Assembly: GCA_964016885.1 (NCBI GenBank)
Contig: OZ024740.1
Location: forward strand, 93,558,001 to 93,622,000
Direction of reading: 5' to 3'
From: Eledone cirrhosa
Taxonomy: Eukaryota
DNA length: 64,000 nt
In this document: piece after piece, positions 12,635 to 27,916 of the stretch
Layout of the letters: every line of letters begins with the position of its first letter
How positions within the stretch are numbered: position 1 is the first letter of the stretch
The notes under the pieces: generated by a model
Databases searched by the model: none
Told to the model about the DNA's origin: nothing
The model's input: only the letters and a program-made list of their open reading frames with translations
Program-made: the position numbers and the translations under genes

Positions 12635-15076
12635 TTAATTAGGTTTATAATATTTAAATGTTTTTTTTAGTTTATGATTACACGATATAATTAATTCCTG
12701 TCGTTTATTTAATAGGATATCCTTAGATTTCATTATTTCAAATAGTTCTTGGGAACATAATCTACATTCATTTCTATTATTTTGATAAGGTGTGGCTCTT
12801 TTGAGCACACTCCAGGTCAAATCATATTCTATATTCTTATTTTTATAACTATTGATTTTTTCTGCTAGAGATGTTGTATTAGCCAGTGCGGCATTTTTAA
12901 AACTATGTTTGTGGGTATTAAACCTTGTCTTAAAATTGTTAGAAGTAGCTCCTATATATGAGCAAATAGAATCTTTAGTTTTAACATTACATTTATAAAC
13001 TATGTTGTTAACAAGACAATTTCCTTTTAATGGGCAGTTTGCTTTGTTTCTACAGTTACAACCTTTCGTTAATTCTGTATTTGAGGAGATATTATGGTTA
13101 GTTTGATGTATTGGTGGTATACTTATGGTTTTCTTACATTTATATGCATTATAGGCACTTATATTTTGTTTTATGTTATTTGTTGTTGAGTATGAGAATT
13201 TAACTGTAGACCTATTTAAGATTTGATGGTATTTGTGGTTTGGCGGGAAGTTTTTCGCTAGGATATAAAAAAATGTTTTAGCAATATTATCCTTAATTTG
13301 TAAATTAAATGGAGCATTATACCAAGTAACCCGTCTATTACGGTTTCTATGTTGTTTATTATTTTTATTATTTTTATAGGTTGTATCGTGATGTTTACTA
13401 GGAGGATTAATGTTAATGATCTCACCACAACCATTTTTAGTTATATTTGTAGATTTAGGTGTTTTATCTTTTTTATTAGGAGTTTTATTATTAATATTTA
13501 TTAGAGTTGTATGATGAGTAGTTTTTTGAGAGTTACTATATTTTATATTAGAAGATTTGGTATTTTGGGGTATAGTGTGGGTGGCATTTAGGTGTGTACT
13601 TTTCATTTGGTGTTTGTTGGTAATATTAGGTGGTATGTTTTTAGTATTTTTAGTAGAAGGTATATATTCTAATCTATTTTTGTGGCCACTTCTATCTAGA
13701 GCTTCGTTATAGAAGGTCGCATTTTTATCAAATACATCTTGGTTAGAAGAAAGGTTAGAAATTCTAAGTGATATATTATATGCAAGGTTTTTAAGGATAG
13801 ATTTAGGGTGATTAGATTGTGAGTGTATGTAATGTAAGTTTTGGTTGGGTTTATGGTAAGGTTGGTAGATACCCGTAGCTAAGTCTAAAGTTATATCTAG
13901 GAAATTTACTACTTTACTTGTTTCTTCAAAAGTAATATGAAGACTATAATAGTCTTTAAGGAAAGTTCTAATATGCTTTTTGTTTTTTTCTATTTCAGAA
14001 AGGCTAAGGTTGTTGGAAAGAAGAAGACAGTCATCACGATATAAACCACCTTTAAGGTGGGGAAAGGAGGCATTTATGTTGAAAAGGAGAAAGAGGCCCA
14101 CAAGATCAGTAATTTGGGCGGAATCGCTTGAACCCATAGTAATATCAAATAGATTACTATATGTGTTTCTGGTCCAGTATTCATTCTGAAATTCAATAAG
14201 TGTTAGTCTAGCATGTGTAATAATATTAATGTCATCCAAAGTTAAGTTAGATCTATTTTTAGCAAATATCAATGCTGTGTTCAGGAGTATAGGTGATATA
14301 GAAGAATAGTAATTATCTATATCAAATTGTAGAAATGAAGCAGAAGATTTACATCTAATATTTTTAAACCAGTTAATTACCTGGGAAGTGTTTTCCCAGA
14401 GTGGTAAAATAACGTGTTTTCTTATTTGTGGGATGACCCTATCCAAAATTTTTTTGCTAATTATTCCAATATCTGATTTGGAGGGACATATAAGTCTTAT
14501 AGAAGGATTTGAGTTAAAGTTTGATTTATGATCCTTCAGGTTGAAGTGTGGTCTTTTCAATGCCAAAGGTTCAGTTCTATCTTCAATGTTTAGTTTTTTT
14601 ACTATGTTGTGTGTTTTGTTGTTGATGTTGGTGAGTGACGCATTATTAGATTTTTTATAATTTTTCCTGAGTTCTTTATATATGAACTCATTATAATCTG
14701 CAATATCCATGTGATACAAGTTACCAGTTTTGTCCGAGTGGACATGGATTTTTTTAGACTTTTTTAGGTCCAATAGGGTAGAATCAAGGTCCTTTTGAAA
14801 GACGGATTTATACTTTTTAAATTTGAGGTGTTTAATTAAATTAAAAAGGTCTTTCTCAAAGTCTTCAAGTAAAGAGTTGTGTGGTGGATTCTTGTAAGTA
14901 TTGAAATCATACATATATTTCCCATCTGCATATTTAGATTTTTTATCGAAGTGGTAGGCCCTCCATCTAACCCTTCTGATGAAATTATTAGTTTTTTGAA
15001 TCATAAGGAGTAAGAAGTCATCCTTAGAAGGTATTGGTATGTTCTTTAAAGAGGTTCCCAAATATTGTTTTTCCAT
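12635..15076 (-). CDS. Intact PLE polyprotein: reverse transcriptase + Zn-finger linker + GIY-YIG endonuclease (Naiad-type), 813 aa from the first ATG
   Basis: SLKNIP N-terminus; RT motifs FDIDNYYSSI, ITMGSSDSAQITDLVG, GLYRDD, VNFLDITL; YIHSQSNHP; CNCR..CPL..C; IVYKC..SYIGAT..FKTRFNTH; CRLC..E. Confidence 0.93.
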   Translation of the reverse strand: MEKQYLGTSLKNIPIPSKDDFLLLMIQKTNNFIRRVRWRAYHFDKKSKYADGKYMYDFNTYKNPPHNSLLEDFEKDLFNLIKHLKFKKYKSVFQKDLDSTLLDLKKSKKIHVHSDKTGNLYHMDIADYNEFIYKELRKNYKKSNNASLTNINNKTHNIVKKLNIEDRTEPLALKRPHFNLKDHKSNFNSNPSIRLICPSKSDIGIISKKILDRVIPQIRKHVILPLWENTSQVINWFKNIRCKSSASFLQFDIDNYYSSISPILLNTALIFAKNRSNLTLDDINIITHARLTLIEFQNEYWTRNTYSNLFDITMGSSDSAQITDLVGLFLLFNINASFPHLKGGLYRDDCLLLSNNLSLSEIEKNKKHIRTFLKDYYSLHITFEETSKVVNFLDITLDLATGIYQPYHKPNQNLHYIHSQSNHPKSILKNLAYNISLRISNLSSNQDVFDKNATFYNEALDRSGHKNRLEYIPSTKNTKNIPPNITNKHQMKSTHLNATHTIPQNTKSSNIKYSNSQKTTHHTTLININNKTPNKKDKTPKSTNITKNGCGEIININPPSKHHDTTYKNNKNNKQHRNRNRRVTWYNAPFNLQIKDNIAKTFFYILAKNFPPNHKYHQILNRSTVKFSYSTTNNIKQNISAYNAYKCKKTISIPPIHQTNHNISSNTELTKGCNCRNKANCPLKGNCLVNNIVYKCNVKTKDSICSYIGATSNNFKTRFNTHKHSFKNAALANTTSLAEKINSYKNKNIEYDLTWSVLKRATPYQNNRNECRLCSQELFEIMKSKDILLNKRQELIISCNHKLKKTFKYYKPN

Positions 15077-15426
15077 TGTGATATGGATGATGGACAATTG
15101 AAAGAGCTCAACTAAATGTATATGGGTTTACAAAATCATACATACATATGTATATACATAAATATAAAATTAATACACACATACAGTACAAAAATACGAA
15201 TATTTCCGTGAAAATAGGAGCAACATTATGTAGATAAATCTACCAAGAGTTTACGGTAGTGTCCAATCCGTATGAAGAACTCAATGTAATCCGGATATCA
15301 TGGAAAGAAGAGATGCAATGAAAAATCACTTTCGGTGAAAGATAAACGGAATACAGAGTCAAGATAAAATATTAAAAAAATAATGAATAAAACAATGAAA
15401 CAGTTCCTTATATTAAACAAAAAAAG

Positions 15427-15580
15427 TTCATTATTTAACGATCGTTTCTAGGATATATATGTGTTAGAATTGGCATGCATATTCAACAGATCTATGTACA
15501 AAATTATACAAAATTATACAAACTATCAAAATAAATATACATACCAAACACATATATATGCCGTCTTCAGAAATAATGAA
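15427..15580 (-). ncRNA. Type I hammerhead with extended helix II (family 1, copy 2)
   Basis: Same motif as 31863-32017; ~350 nt upstream of the ORF start. Confidence 0.78.
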
Positions 15581-16180
15581 ATATATTTATTGATAATAAC
15601 AACAATTCAAAATTTCAGGTCCGTTTGGGAACAGAGTTCAAATTGACCAATGAAAATACAAAAAATTGTATGCAGTTTGGTGTGTGTATATACATGTAAT
15701 TAACTTCGTACACATATTTACATAAAGATATATGTCCACATGCATACGCATGCCAAAAAGATGTATGCAAATACAAAAATTCAAGGCTAATGTCTCTGTA
15801 AGTCTATAATCCACAGATAAAATGCGTATAGACACATAAATATGAAATAAATGTATAGACACATTCATATACTCACACATACTCGTACACTCACACACAC
15901 ACGCGCGTATATGCATAAACATACACATAACTACGAACATACATACACACACACACCCCCACACACATATATATGTGCATATAGTATTATCATAAGCATA
16001 TGGACATTAATGCACGCACATAAACACTGCCACACATATTTAGATCAGGATACAGAAATTAGGTGGGAGGGGGTGAGGTCAGTATTCAACGGTTTCGGCA
16101 GACTGCCTATTTATAGATGTATCTATAAACTTAGAAATAAAAAGAAAAGAAATGAAAAAAGAAAAAAGAAATATATCAAG

Positions 16181-16226
<46 letters not shown>

Positions 16227-16709
16227 CACACATACACACACACACACACACATATATATACATATACATATATATATACACATATATACACACATACATA
16301 TATATATACACATACATATACACATATATACACACACATATATACACACACATATATATACATACACATATACATACACACACATATATATATATACAAA
16401 CAAGTAAAATATAAAGTATACATCGATATACATACATATAGACATATAAATAAATACACACGCATACACACACATACATATACATACATATACATACACA
16501 TATATATAAACACATACATACACATACATATACATACACATACCATATAAATACACATACACATACATAGACGCATACATATAGAGACACATACATATAC
16601 ACATATAAATACATAGACACATACACACATAAACACATATATATATATATATATATATTTTTTTTTTACACACAAATACACATACACGCATACATATATA
16701 TATATATAC

Positions 16710-16772
<63 letters not shown>

Positions 16773-16832
16773 TATATACACTCACAACACTCGTATATAT
16801 ATACACACTCATACATATACACACATATACAT

Positions 16833-16878
<46 letters not shown>

Positions 16879-17028
16879 ATATATATACATATATATACAG
16901 TCACACCTACATACATATATATATATAAATACACTCATATATATACACACATACACATACATACCCACATATAAATATATATATATACATAAATATATAT
17001 ATATATACACACATACACACATACACAT

Positions 17029-17095
<67 letters not shown>

Positions 17096-17209
17096 CATAC
17101 ACATACATACACATATATACACATACATATATACTCACACACACACACCTACACATACATACACATACACATATATAAAGATACATATACACACACACAC
17201 ATATAATAA

Positions 17210-17240
<31 letters not shown>

Positions 17241-17558
17241 TATACATATACATACATATATACATACATACATACATATACATACATATATATACACACA
17301 TATACATACACACATACACACATACATACATACACACACACATACATACACACACATACATACTCATACATAGACATAGATATATACTCACACACACATA
17401 CGCACTTACATATACGCATATATACAAATACATACACATCCATATATGCGTATATACATACAAACACCACTACACGCTCACCTCAACTCAGACATACAAA
17501 GAAAAAGGTATATACATATACATATATACACATATAAATAGAGATACATATACACATA

Positions 17559-17590
<32 letters not shown>

Positions 17591-17690
17591 CCCACACACA
17601 CGTACAACCATAAACACACATACAAACACATACATACACACATACATACATATATATACACACACACAAAGACACACATACATATATATA

Positions 17691-17752
<62 letters not shown>

Positions 17753-18013
17753 CATACACATACACACACACATATATATAGACATGCACACACATACATA
17801 CATACATACATACACATACATATATATTAAAAAAAAAAAAAAAAAAAATGAATACACACAGTCAGACAAATATGCACACACATACATATACATATATGTA
17901 TATATATATATATACACACACACACATACACACACACATACATATATATACACACATACATACACACACACATATATATACATACATATACACACATCAA
18001 CTACAAATATACA

Positions 18014-18048
<35 letters not shown>

Positions 18049-18356
18049 TATACATATTTTCACATATATATATATATACATATATTATATTATAATAATA
18101 AATAATATATATATATATATATATATAGACATACATATATATACACACACACACACTCACATATATATGCTCACATACGTACACATATACACATACACAC
18201 ATATACACATAGACATATACATGTGCATACATGTACATACACACATATACCCACATAGATACAAAGATACACATATATATAGAGAGACATACATATACAT
18301 ACACATATATACACACACACATACATACACACATATATATATATACATACACGTAT

Positions 18357-18437
<81 letters not shown>

Positions 18438-19641
18438 CACACAATCATACACCCTTATTTGCATGCGCATATATGTATTTTTATACTTACAAATAAACAC
18501 CCAAACATATATACACCTACCTACATATACATACATACATACACGCTTACAAATACAAATAATAATAGTAGGGGGGGAAAGGGGGGGGAGAAGGGGATTA
18601 TAGTAAATATATGTTTCAAGAAACATAGAATATTAATCTGTATTTGGATCTCAATATGTGTTTACATAGTTTCAGTATTAGGAAATGCAAGAAAGAAGGC
18701 AAAATTATGCATTTCAATATAAGTATACCATTAATTATAGGTTAACTAAACTAAAGATAGTTAATATATTGATTTCTAAGGTGTAAATTACTTAGGTTTA
18801 TAATATTTGAAGCAGAATTTTGAAGTTAAATAGTAGTAGAGTATTAATTATAGTATAACTAAATTAAAATGAATAACGTTATGGTATCAATATTAGGAAA
18901 TGAATTTAGTAATAGGGAAAAAACAAATAAAGTATTACATCGGTAGTAGAATATAAATTATAGGTTAACTAAATTAAAAATGATATATTAATTTCTATAG
19001 TATATGTTAATTAGGTATATAATAAATAAAACAGATATTGTATAATATCAATAGTAGAATATAATTATATGTAAACAGAAATTAAAATTAATACATACAC
19101 ATATACATATACATACATATATATATATACACATATATATACATACATACACATACACATATATACATACATATACATATTTTTTCAAAAATTGCAAAGA
19201 ATATATTAACTAGGTATACATCCAAAACCCATCCCATTCTATGATTACATGACACTCTGCAATCCGTCTGTATTAGGATACTATTTTTAAGCCAATTAAA
19301 TTAAATTTTTAGGTTAACCAAATTTAAAACCAAATTATAAATATATTTCTAAAATGTATATTAATTAGGTCTATAATACTAAAAATTATTTCTCTGTCAT
19401 TGAATACACGATATTTTGTTATATTTTATCTGTAAAGGAATTTTAATAAAGGGTTAAATAAATTAAAATTAATCTATAAATTAAATTACTAAGTATATAT
19501 TAGTAATATTTAAAGGTTTTTCACAATTTATGATTACACAATATTTTATATTCTCATCTGTAGTAGAATTTTAATTAAATTAAATTTATAGTTTAACTAA
19601 CATTTAAATTAAATTATATATTAATTTCTAAAATAATGTTA

Positions 19642-22084
19642 TTAATTAGGTTTATAATATTTAAATGTTTTTTTTAGTTTATGATTACACGATATAATTA
19701 ATTCCTGTCGTTTATTTAATAGGATATCCTTAGATTTCATTATTTCAAATAGTTCTTGGGAACATAATCTACATTCATTTCTATTATTTTGATAAGGTGT
19801 GGCTCTTTTGAGCACACTCCAGGTCAAATCATATTCTATATTCTTATTTTTATAACTATTGATTTTTTCTGCTAGAGATGTTGTATTAGCCAGTGCGGCA
19901 TTTTTAAAACTATGTTTGTGGGTATTAAACCTTGTCTTAAAATTGTTAGAAGTAGCTCCTATATATGAGCAAATAGAATCTTTAGTTTTAACATTACATT
20001 TATAAACTATGTTGTTAACAAGACAATTTCCTTTTAATGGGCAGTTTGCTTTGTTTCTACAGTTACAACCTTTCGTTAATTCTGTATTTGAGGAGATATT
20101 ATGGTTAGTTTGATGTATTGGTGGTATACTTATGGTTTTCTTACATTTATATGCATTATAGGCACTTATATTTTGTTTTATGTTATTTGTTGTTGAGTAT
20201 GAGAATTTAACTGTAGACCTATTTAAGATTTGATGGTATTTGTGGTTTGGCGGGAAGTTTTTCGCTAGGATATAAAAAAATGTTTTAGCAATATTATCCT
20301 TAATTTGTAAATTAAATGGAGCATTATACCAAGTAACCCGTCTATTACGGTTTCTATGTTGTTTATTATTTTTATTATTTTTATAGGTTGTATCGTGATG
20401 TTTACTAGGAGGATTAATGTTAATGATCTCACCACAACCATTTTTAGTTATATTTGTAGATTTAGGTGTTTTATCTTTTTTATTAGGAGTTTTATTATTA
20501 ATATTTATTAGAGTTGTATGATGAGTAGTTTTTTGAGAGTTACTATATTTTATATTAGAAGATTTGGTATTTTGGGGTATAGTGTGGGTGGCATTTAGGT
20601 GTGTACTTTTCATTTGGTGTTTGTTGGTAATATTAGGTGGTATGTTTTTAGTATTTTTAGTAGAAGGTATATATTCTAATCTATTTTTGTGGCCACTTCT
20701 ATCTAGAGCTTCGTTATAGAAGGTCGCATTTTTATCAAATACATCTTGGTTAGAAGAAAGGTTAGAAATTCTAAGTGATATATTATATGCAAGGTTTTTA
20801 AGGATAGATTTAGGGTGATTAGATTGTGAGTGTATGTAATGTAAGTTTTGGTTGGGTTTATGGTAAGGTTGGTAGATACCCGTAGCTAAGTCTAAAGTTA
20901 TATCTAGGAAATTTACTACTTTACTTGTTTCTTCAAAAGTAATATGAAGACTATAATAGTCTTTAAGGAAAGTTCTAATATGCTTTTTGTTTTTTTTCTA
21001 TTTCTGAAAGGCTAAGGTTGTTGGAAAGAAGAAGACAGTCATCACGATATAAACCACCTTTAAGGTGGGGAAAGGAGGCATTTATGTTGAAAAGGAGAAA
21101 GAGGCCCACAAGATCAGTAATTTGGGCGGAATCGCTTGAACCCATAGTAATATCAAATAGATTACTATATGTGTTTCTGGTCCAGTATTCATTCTGAAAT
21201 TCAATAAGTGTTAGTCTAGCATGTGTAATAATATTAATGTCATCCAAAGTTAAGTTAGATCTATTTTTAGCAAATATCAATGCTGTGTTCAGGAGTATAG
21301 GTGATATAGAAGAATAGTAATTATCTATATCAAATTGTAGAAATGAAGCAGAAGATTTACATCTAATATTTTTAAACCAGTTAATTACCTGGGAAGTGTT
21401 TTCCCAGAGTGGTAAAATAACGTGTTTTCTTATTTGTGGGATGACCCTATCCAAAATTTTTTTGCTAATTATTCCAATATCTGATTTGGAGGGACATATA
21501 AGTCTTATAGAAGGATTTGAGTTAAAGTTTGATTTATGATCCTTCAGGTTGAAGTGTGGTCTTTTCAATGCCAAAGGTTCAGTTCTATCTTCAATGTTTA
21601 GTTTTTTTACTATGTTGTGTGTTTTGTTGTTGATGTTGGTGAGTGACGCATTATTAGATTTTTTATAATTTTTCCTGAGTTCTTTATATATGAACTCATT
21701 ATAATCTGCAATATCCATGTGATACAAGTTACCAGTTTTGTCCGAGTGGACATGGATTTTTTTAGACTTTTTTAGGTCCAATAGGGTAGAATCAAGGTCC
21801 TTTTGAAAGACGGATTTATACTTTTTAAATTTGAGGTGTTTAATTAAATTAAAAAGGTCTTTCTCAAAGTCTTCAAGTAAAGAGTTGTGTGGTGGATTCT
21901 TGTAAGTATTGAAATCATACATATATTTCCCATCTGCATATTTAGATTTTTTATCGAAGTGGTAGGCCCTCCATCTAACCCTTCTGATGAAATTATTAGT
22001 TTTTTGAATCATAAGGAGTAAGAAGTCATCCTTAGAAGGTATTGGTATGTTCTTTAAAGAGGTTCCCAAATATTGTTTTTCCAT
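19642..22084 (-). pseudogene. Second copy of the family 1 ORF with a +1 frameshift in an A-homopolymer at ~20990
   Basis: Nearly identical to 12635-15076; T8 versus T7 on the plus strand splits it into the 376-aa and 323-aa ORFs of the track. Confidence 0.88.
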
Positions 22085-22434
22085 TGTGATATGGATGATG
22101 GACAATTGAAAGAGCTCAACTAAATGTATATGGGTTTACAAAATCATACATACATATGTATATACATAAATATAAAATTAATACACACATACAGTACAAA
22201 AATACGAATATTTCCGTGAAAATAGGAGCAACATTATGTAGATAAATCTACCAAGAGTTTACGGTAGTGTCCAATCCGTATGAAGAACTCAATGTAATCC
22301 GGATATCATGGAAAGAAGAGATGCAATGAAAAATCACTTTCGGTGAAAGATAAACGGAATACAGAGTCAAGATAAAATATTAAAAAAATAATGAATAAAA
22401 CAATGAAACAGTTCCTTATATTAAACAAAAAAAG

Positions 22435-22588
22435 TTCATTATTTAACGATCGTTTCTAGGATATATATGTGTTAGAATTGGCATGCATATTCAACAGATC
22501 TATGTACAAAATTATACAAAATTATACAAACTATCAAAATAAATATACATACCAAACACATATATATGCCGTCTTCAGAAATAATGAA
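22435..22588 (-). ncRNA. Type I hammerhead with extended helix II (family 1, copy 3)
   Basis: Same motif as 31863-32017. Confidence 0.78.
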
Positions 22589-23195
22589 ATATATTTATTG
22601 ATAATAACAACAATTCAAAATTTCAGGTCCGTTTGGGAACAGAGTTCAAATTGACCAATGAAAATACAAAAACTTTTATGCAGTTTGGTGTGTGTATATA
22701 CATGTAATTAACTTCGTACACATATTTAGATAAAGATATATGTTCACATGCATACGCATGCCAAAAAGATGTATGCAAATACAAAAATTCAAGGCTAATG
22801 TCTCTGTAAGTCTATAATCCACAGATAAAATGCGTATAGACACATAAATATGAAATAAATGTATAGACACATTCATATACTCACACATATTCGTACACTC
22901 ACACACACACGCGCGTATATGCATAAACATACACATAACTACGAACATACATACACACACACACCCCCACACACATATATATGTGCATATAGTATTATCA
23001 TAAGCATATGGACATTAATGCACGCACATAAACACTGCCACACATATTTAGATCAGGATACAGAAATTAGGTGGGAGGGGGGGGGGGATAGGTCAGTATT
23101 CAACGGTTTCGGCAGACTGCCTATTTATAGATGTATCTATAAACTTAGAAATAAAAAGAAAAGAAAAAGAAAAAAGAAAAAAGAAATATATCAAG

Positions 23196-23235
<40 letters not shown>

Positions 23236-23637
23236 CACACATACACACACACACACACACATATATATACATATACATATATATATACACATATATACAC
23301 ACATACATATATATATACATACATATACACATATATACACACACATATATACACACACATATATATACATACACATATACATACACACACATATATATAT
23401 GCAAACAAGTAAAATATAAAGTATACATCGATATACATACATATAGACATATAAATAAATACACACGCATACACACACATACATATACATACATATACAT
23501 ACACATATATATAAACACATACATATACATACATATACATACACATACCATATAAATACACATACACATACATAGACGCATACATATAGAGACACATACA
23601 TATACACATATAAATACATAGACACATACACACATAA

Positions 23638-23678
<41 letters not shown>

Positions 23679-23719
23679 CACACATATACACATACACGCA
23701 TACATATATATATATATAC

Positions 23720-23786
<67 letters not shown>

Positions 23787-23846
23787 TATATACACTCACA
23801 ACACTCGTATATATATACACACTCACACATATACACACATATCCAT

Positions 23847-23906
<60 letters not shown>

Positions 23907-24055
23907 ATATATATACATATATATCCATCACACCTACATACATATATATATATAAATAGACTCATATATATACACACATACACATACATACCCACATATA
24001 AATATATATATATACATAAATATATATATATATACACACATACACACATACACAT

Positions 24056-24112
<57 letters not shown>

Positions 24113-24710
24113 CATACACATACATACACATATATACACATACATATATACTCACACACACACACCTACACATACATACACATACACATATATAAAGATA
24201 TATATACACACACACACACACACATATAATAAATATATATATATATATATATACATATATATACATATACATACATATATACATACATACATACATATAC
24301 ATACATATATATACACACATATACATACACACATACACACATACATACATACACACACACATACATACACACACATACATACTCATACATAGACATAGAT
24401 ATATACTCACACACACATACGCACTTACATATACGCATATATACAAATACATACACATCCATATATGCGTATATACATACAAACACCACTACACGCTCAC
24501 ACAACTCAGACATACAAAGAAAAAGGTATATACATATACATATATACACATATAAATAGAGATACATATACACATATATACATATATATATATACATATA
24601 TATATATATACCCACACACACGTACAACCATAAACTCACATACAAACACATACATACACACATACATACATATATATACACACACACAAAGACACACATA
24701 CATATATATA

Positions 24711-24754
<44 letters not shown>

Positions 24755-25024
24755 CATACACGTACACACACACATATATATAGACATGCACACACATACA
24801 TACATACATACATACACATACACATACATATATATAAAAAAAAAATAAAAAAAAATTAATACACACAGTCAGACAAATATGCACACACATACATATACAT
24901 ATATGTATATATATATATATACACACACACACATACACACACACACATACATATATATACACACATACATACACACACACATATATATATACATACTTAT
25001 ACACACATCAACTACAAATATACA

Positions 25025-25059
<35 letters not shown>

Positions 25060-25111
25060 TATACATATTTTCACATATATATATATATACATATATTATA
25101 TTATAATAATA

Positions 25112-25160
<49 letters not shown>

Positions 25161-25385
25161 TACATATATATACACACACACAGACTCACATATATATGCT
25201 CACATACGTACACATATACACATACACACATATACACATAGACATATACATGTGCATACATGTACATACACACATATACCCACATAGATACAAAGATACA
25301 CATATATATAGAGAGACATACATATACATACACATATATACAAACACACATACATACACACATATATATATATACATACACGTAT

Positions 25386-25435
<50 letters not shown>

Positions 25436-25786
25436 ATATATATATATATATATATACACACAATCATACACCCTTATTTGCATGCGCATATATGTATTTT
25501 TATACTTACAAATAAACACCCAAACATATATACACCTACCTACATATACATACATACATACACGCTTACAAATACAAATAATAATAGTAGGGGGGGGGGA
25601 GGGGGGGGGGGAGAAGGGGATTATAGTAAATATATGTTTCAAGAAACATAGAATATTAATCTGTATTTGGATCTCAATATGTGTTTACATAGTTTCAGTA
25701 TTAGGAAATGCAAGAAAGAAGGCAAAATTATGCATTTCAATATAAGTATACCATTAATTATAGGTTAACTAAACTAAAGATAGTTG

Positions 25787-27916
25787 AAAAAGTCTAAAAA
25801 AATCCATGTCCACTCGGACAAAACTGGTAACTTGTATCACATGGATATTGAAGATTATAATGAGTTCATATATAAAGAACTCAGGAAAAATTATAAAAAA
25901 TCTAATAATGCGTCACTCACCAACATCAACAACAAAAGACACAACATAGTAAAAAAACTAAACATTGAAGATAGAACTGAACCTTTGGCATTGAAAAGAC
26001 CACACTTCAACCTGAAGGATCATAAATCAAACTTTAACTCAAATCCTTCTATAAGACTTATATGTCCCTCCAAATCAGATATTGGAATAATTAGCAAAAA
26101 AATTTTGGATAGAGTCATCCCACAAATAAGAAAACACGTTATTTTACCACTCTGGGAAAACACTTCCCAGGTAATTAACTGGTTTAAAAATATTAGATGT
26201 AAATCTTCTGCTTCATTTCTACAATTTGATATAGATAATTACTATTCTTCTATATCACCTATACTCCTGAACAAAGCATTGATATTTGCTAAAAATAGAT
26301 CTAACTTAACTTTGGATGACATTAATATTATTACACATGCTAGACTAACACTTATTGAATTTCAGAATGAATACTGGACCAGAAACACATATAGTAATCT
26401 ATTTGATATTACTATGGGTTCAAGCGATTCCGCCCAAATTACTGATCTTGTGGGCCTCTTTCTCCTTTTCAACATAAATGCCTCCTTTCCCCACCTTAAA
26501 GGTGGTTTATATCGTGATGACTGTCTTCTTCTTTCCAACAACCTTAGCCTTTCAGAAATAGAAAAAAACAAAAAGCATATTAGAACTTTCCTTAAAGACT
26601 ATTATAGTCTTCATATTACTTTTGAAGAAACAAGTAAAGTAGTAAATTTCCTAGATATAACTTTAGACTTAGCTACGGGTATCTACCAACCTTACCATAA
26701 ACCCAACCAAAACTTACATTACATACACTCACAATCTAATCACCCTAAATCTATCCTTAAAAACCTTGCATATAATATATCACTTAGAATTTCTAACCTT
26801 TCTTCTAACCAAGATGTATTTGATAAAAATGCGACCTTCTATAACGAAGCTCTAGATAGAAGTGGCCACAAAAATAGATTAGAATATATACCTTCTACTA
26901 AAAATACTAAAAACATACAACCTAATATTACCAACAAACACCAAATGAAAAGTACACACCTAAATGCCACCCACACTATACCCCAAAATACCAAATCTTC
27001 TAATATAAAATATAGTAACTCTCAAAAAACTACTCATCATACAACTCTAATAAATATTAATAATAAAACTCCTAATAAAAAAGATAAAACACCTAAATCT
27101 ACAAATATAACTACAAATGGTTGTGGTGAGATCATTAACATTAATCCTCCTAGTAAACATCACGATACAACCTATAAAAATAATAAAAATAATAAACAAC
27201 ATAGAAACCGTAATAGACGGGTTACTTGGTATAATGCTCCATTTAATTTACAAATTAAGGATAATATTGCTAAAACATTTTTTTATATCCTAGCGAAAAA
27301 CTTCCCGCCAAACCACAAATACCATCAAATCTTAAATAGGTCTACAGTTAAATTCTCATACTCAACAACAAATAACATAAAACAAAATATAAGTGCCTAT
27401 AATGCATATAAATGTAAGAAAACCATAAGTATACCACCAATACATCAAACTAACCATAATATATCCTCAAATACAGAATTAACGAAAGGTTGTAACTGTA
27501 GAAACAAAGCAAACTGCCTATTAAAAGGAAATTGTCTTGTTAACAACATAGTTTATAAATGTAATGTTAAAACTAAAGATTCTATTTGCTCATATATAGG
27601 AGCTACTTCTAACAATTTTAAGACAAGGTTTAATACCCACAAACATAGTTTTAAAAATGCCGCACTGGCTAATACAACATCTCTAGCAGAAAAAATCAAT
27701 AGTTATAAAAATAAGAATATAGAATATGATTTGACCTGGAGTGTGCTCAAAAGAGCCACCCCTTATCAAAATAATAGAAATGAATGTAGATTATGTTCCC
27801 AAGAACTATTTGAAATAATGAAATCAAAGGATATCCTATTAAATAAACGACAGGAATTAATTATATCGTGTAATCATAAACTAAAAAAAACATTTAAATA
27901 TTATAAACCTAATTAA
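25787..27916 (+). pseudogene. 5'-truncated inverted copy of the family 1 ORF (lacks ~100 N-terminal residues, otherwise open)
   Basis: Begins at KKSKKIHVH at the inversion junction; a few substitutions, including CPL to CLL. Confidence 0.9.

Noticed and set aside
13980-14189. Antisense ORFs over the RT core (also 26362-26571, 34128-34424, 61119-62017)
   Set aside because: Shadow frames of the retroelement ORFs.
12635-15076. Selenocysteine-encoding Naiad
   Set aside because: Some Naiads use in-frame UGA, but this ORF is open with ordinary Cys codons and I could not identify a SECIS by eye.
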